Positions 61,863 through 64,000 of a stretch of DNA of 64,000 nucleotides are shown in pieces; position 1 is the first letter of the stretch, and every line of letters starts with the position of its first letter. Below the pieces are notes generated by a model. The model worked only from the letters and a program-made list of their open reading frames with translations, searched no databases and was not told the DNA's origin. Position numbers and translations under genes: made by a program. Origin of the DNA: Girardia tigrina (taxonomy: Eukaryota); contig MQRK01251253.1 in NCBI GenBank assembly GCA_001938485.1, forward strand, positions 16,680-80,679. The letters are read 5' to 3'.

Positions 61863-63024
61863 TACATATATTTACACTTCTGGCCAAATTACTTGCAACC
61901 CTTACACTTTTTTAACACTAAAACGTTTATTTTCAAACCTGCACAATTAAAAGTAGTTTCAAAACAAGTTATTTATCCAGTAAAATATTAGAATATATCC
62001 TTAAGTCTTGATCAAACATTAAATTCTATGAGACCTGGAGGAAATGCAGCTTGATGTCAAATTAGGATCTCCGTGCTCTAAATCAAACACTTTGCCAAGA
62101 GTTTGATTTTGGTTTTAACTGGAAATTTATTTTCCTTTTTTTAATATATTAATTATTTATTTATAAATCTGTACTAGTCAGTTCCGAATGGAGAGCCATA
62201 TCTTCAGTGACTTTTTTCAGTCAGATGATCGCTATAATAAAAATAATATAATCTAAAATATATAATAAATTATAATTATTAATATCATATAGTTTTCATT
62301 CAAATTATTATATTAATTTATTAATTTATTATTGAAAATATTAAAATTGTCACGTTGATGTCAGTTATAAGGCTACATATAATCATTATTTTATACAATA
62401 AATATATTATAATTTTACTAATTGATTTCTTTGATACATTCCTCTATTGTTTATAAATTGAAACTGTTCAACCTTAAAATGTATGATTTTTCTTTGACTT
62501 TAATTTCACTTTTCTAAAATAATAAGTATAAGGTTTTTAATTAAATTAAAATATAAATCTGAAAATAATCTCAAATATACATTTTAATTTCGTAAAAACG
62601 TCTTTTTAAATTTTCTTCGACCTTTTTCATGAAGAATATTCCGTCCAGACTTTTGATACCGTATTTTATTCTGCAACTTCTAATTAGCTATAATTATGAA
62701 AGCCTCAACTTCTTCGATTCGTACCATACTCTACTGAGGCCGATTTATACAAGTCGCATATTATATATTTTTAAATAATTTATTTACTACTCAAAGTCAT
62801 TATTATTAGGACAAGTAAAATAAATTTTATTAAAAATTTTAAATTATAAATAATGAATATTTATTAGTATAATAGATGAACTAAATTGATATTAAATACA
62901 ATTCTAAAATAATTTTATGTCAAATAAAAAATTAAACAAAATAGATTTTATTCGCATTTAAAAATGTGTTCTCTAATTCAAAAGAATTCATAAACATAAT
63001 AAAAGTTATAATATAAATGTAGGT

Positions 63025-63527
63025 TATTAAGAACACCAACATGGGTTTTCGAACATTTATTTTCAAAACAATTTGAATTGTCCTTTGGGCAACTCTCAGC
63101 AAAGCTTTCAGAATTTGACTTCGTTCTAAATTGATAAATTTTTGTTTTATAATTTTATATAATTTTCAATTTTATAATTTTAGTAATAATTTTATCTACA
63201 TATTTATTTTTATTTTAAAAATGATTTCATACAAAGAAAAACATTTATTTAATTAATTTAAAAATTAGTTAAAAGTTTCTTAAGTTACATTTTAAAACTT
63301 TATTTAAATTTTTCGTATTAACTTTTGAAACGATTTAATATTTTAAAAGTTTTTTAAATATCTTATGTACTTTAAAATGCAAATTATATTCGAATAATTA
63401 TTCATCGTGAATATTTAAAATATCAATTTTCCATCTCGATGGGAGAAACACATTTCCTAAAAGTAAACTCAACATACAAAATTCAATATACCAATTTTAA
63501 TATACCAAATTTCAAATATTTCTCACA
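63025..63527 (-). mobile_element. Diverged solo LTR (family B), TG...TA
   Basis: tattaagaacacc ... tttctcaca; TSD taggt/taagt. Confidence 0.6.
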
Positions 63528-63631
63528 TAAGTAATGTATTATTTTAAAATAGGTATGGATTATTAGTAAAAACACATGTATTTATAATTGTTTAAATATT
63601 TGAGTCTATTAAATTTGCATTTTTTTAAAAT

Positions 63632-63790
63632 ATGGTTCATGGAAAAAAGAGGGATACTGAAATGCGTGAGAAAATATTTACCATGCATGTTAAAGGAAAA
63701 TTAATCAGGCAAATTTAACAATCTGTAGATATAAATAAATGGACGGTGTTTGAGAACATTAAAAAAGCTAAATTTAGTCAGAATTACTCA
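63632..63790 (+). mobile_element. Tc1-like transposase N-terminal HTH fragment
   Basis: MVHGKKRDTEMREKIFTMHVKGKLIRQI*QSVDINKWTVFENIKK. Confidence 0.45.
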
Positions 63791-64000
63791 TAAGCAAAGA
63801 AATTTTTAAATATGAAAAAAAATTTTTTAATATAACTTTTTTATTTCATTTCTTCAAATTATTTTAGATTTATATTTATATTTTTTTAAAATATCAAATT
63901 ATCAATACAAATAAGTATTTATTATTTATAATTTAAATTTTTTTAATAAAAATTATTTTACGTATCCAAATACATATGAATTTTAGTAGTATATAAAGGT

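Noticed and set aside
62177-62215. Minus-strand agtca-CTGAAGA-..-tgact hairpin resembling a hammerhead
   Set aside because: No GAAA after stem II and no helix III or cleavage triplet

Overview
Very AT-rich animal genomic DNA with (TA)n tracts and N gaps. The composition, a 46-nt intron and the TE spectrum suggest a planarian-like flatworm, but that is inference only. I can support one host gene: a minus-strand prohormone-4 / IDLSRF-like neuropeptide precursor (signal peptide, short peptide + KR, LDLa domain, conserved C-terminal domain; 179 aa). I assembled it by hand from four phase-compatible exons (45277-45199, 45152-45006, 20856-20743, 13465-13266) separated by introns of 46 bp, about 24.1 kb and about 7.3 kb. 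Most of the recognisable remainder is transposon debris. There are at least seven Penelope-like (PLE) fragments, one with an intact-looking minimal hammerhead ribozyme and two with 5' inverted pseudo-LTRs. There are two Gypsy pol remnants and a family of solo LTRs with non-canonical TG...TA ends and 5-bp TSDs. DNA transposons include cecropia-type mariners, Tc1, ITmD37E-like, rosa/maT-like and pogo elements, MITEs and a DINE-1/HINE-like element. A few GC-rich, exon-like or ORF-bearing islands remain unexplained. No rRNA, tRNA or CRISPR array was seen. I found no convincing wholly new biological system; the best leads are in findings.
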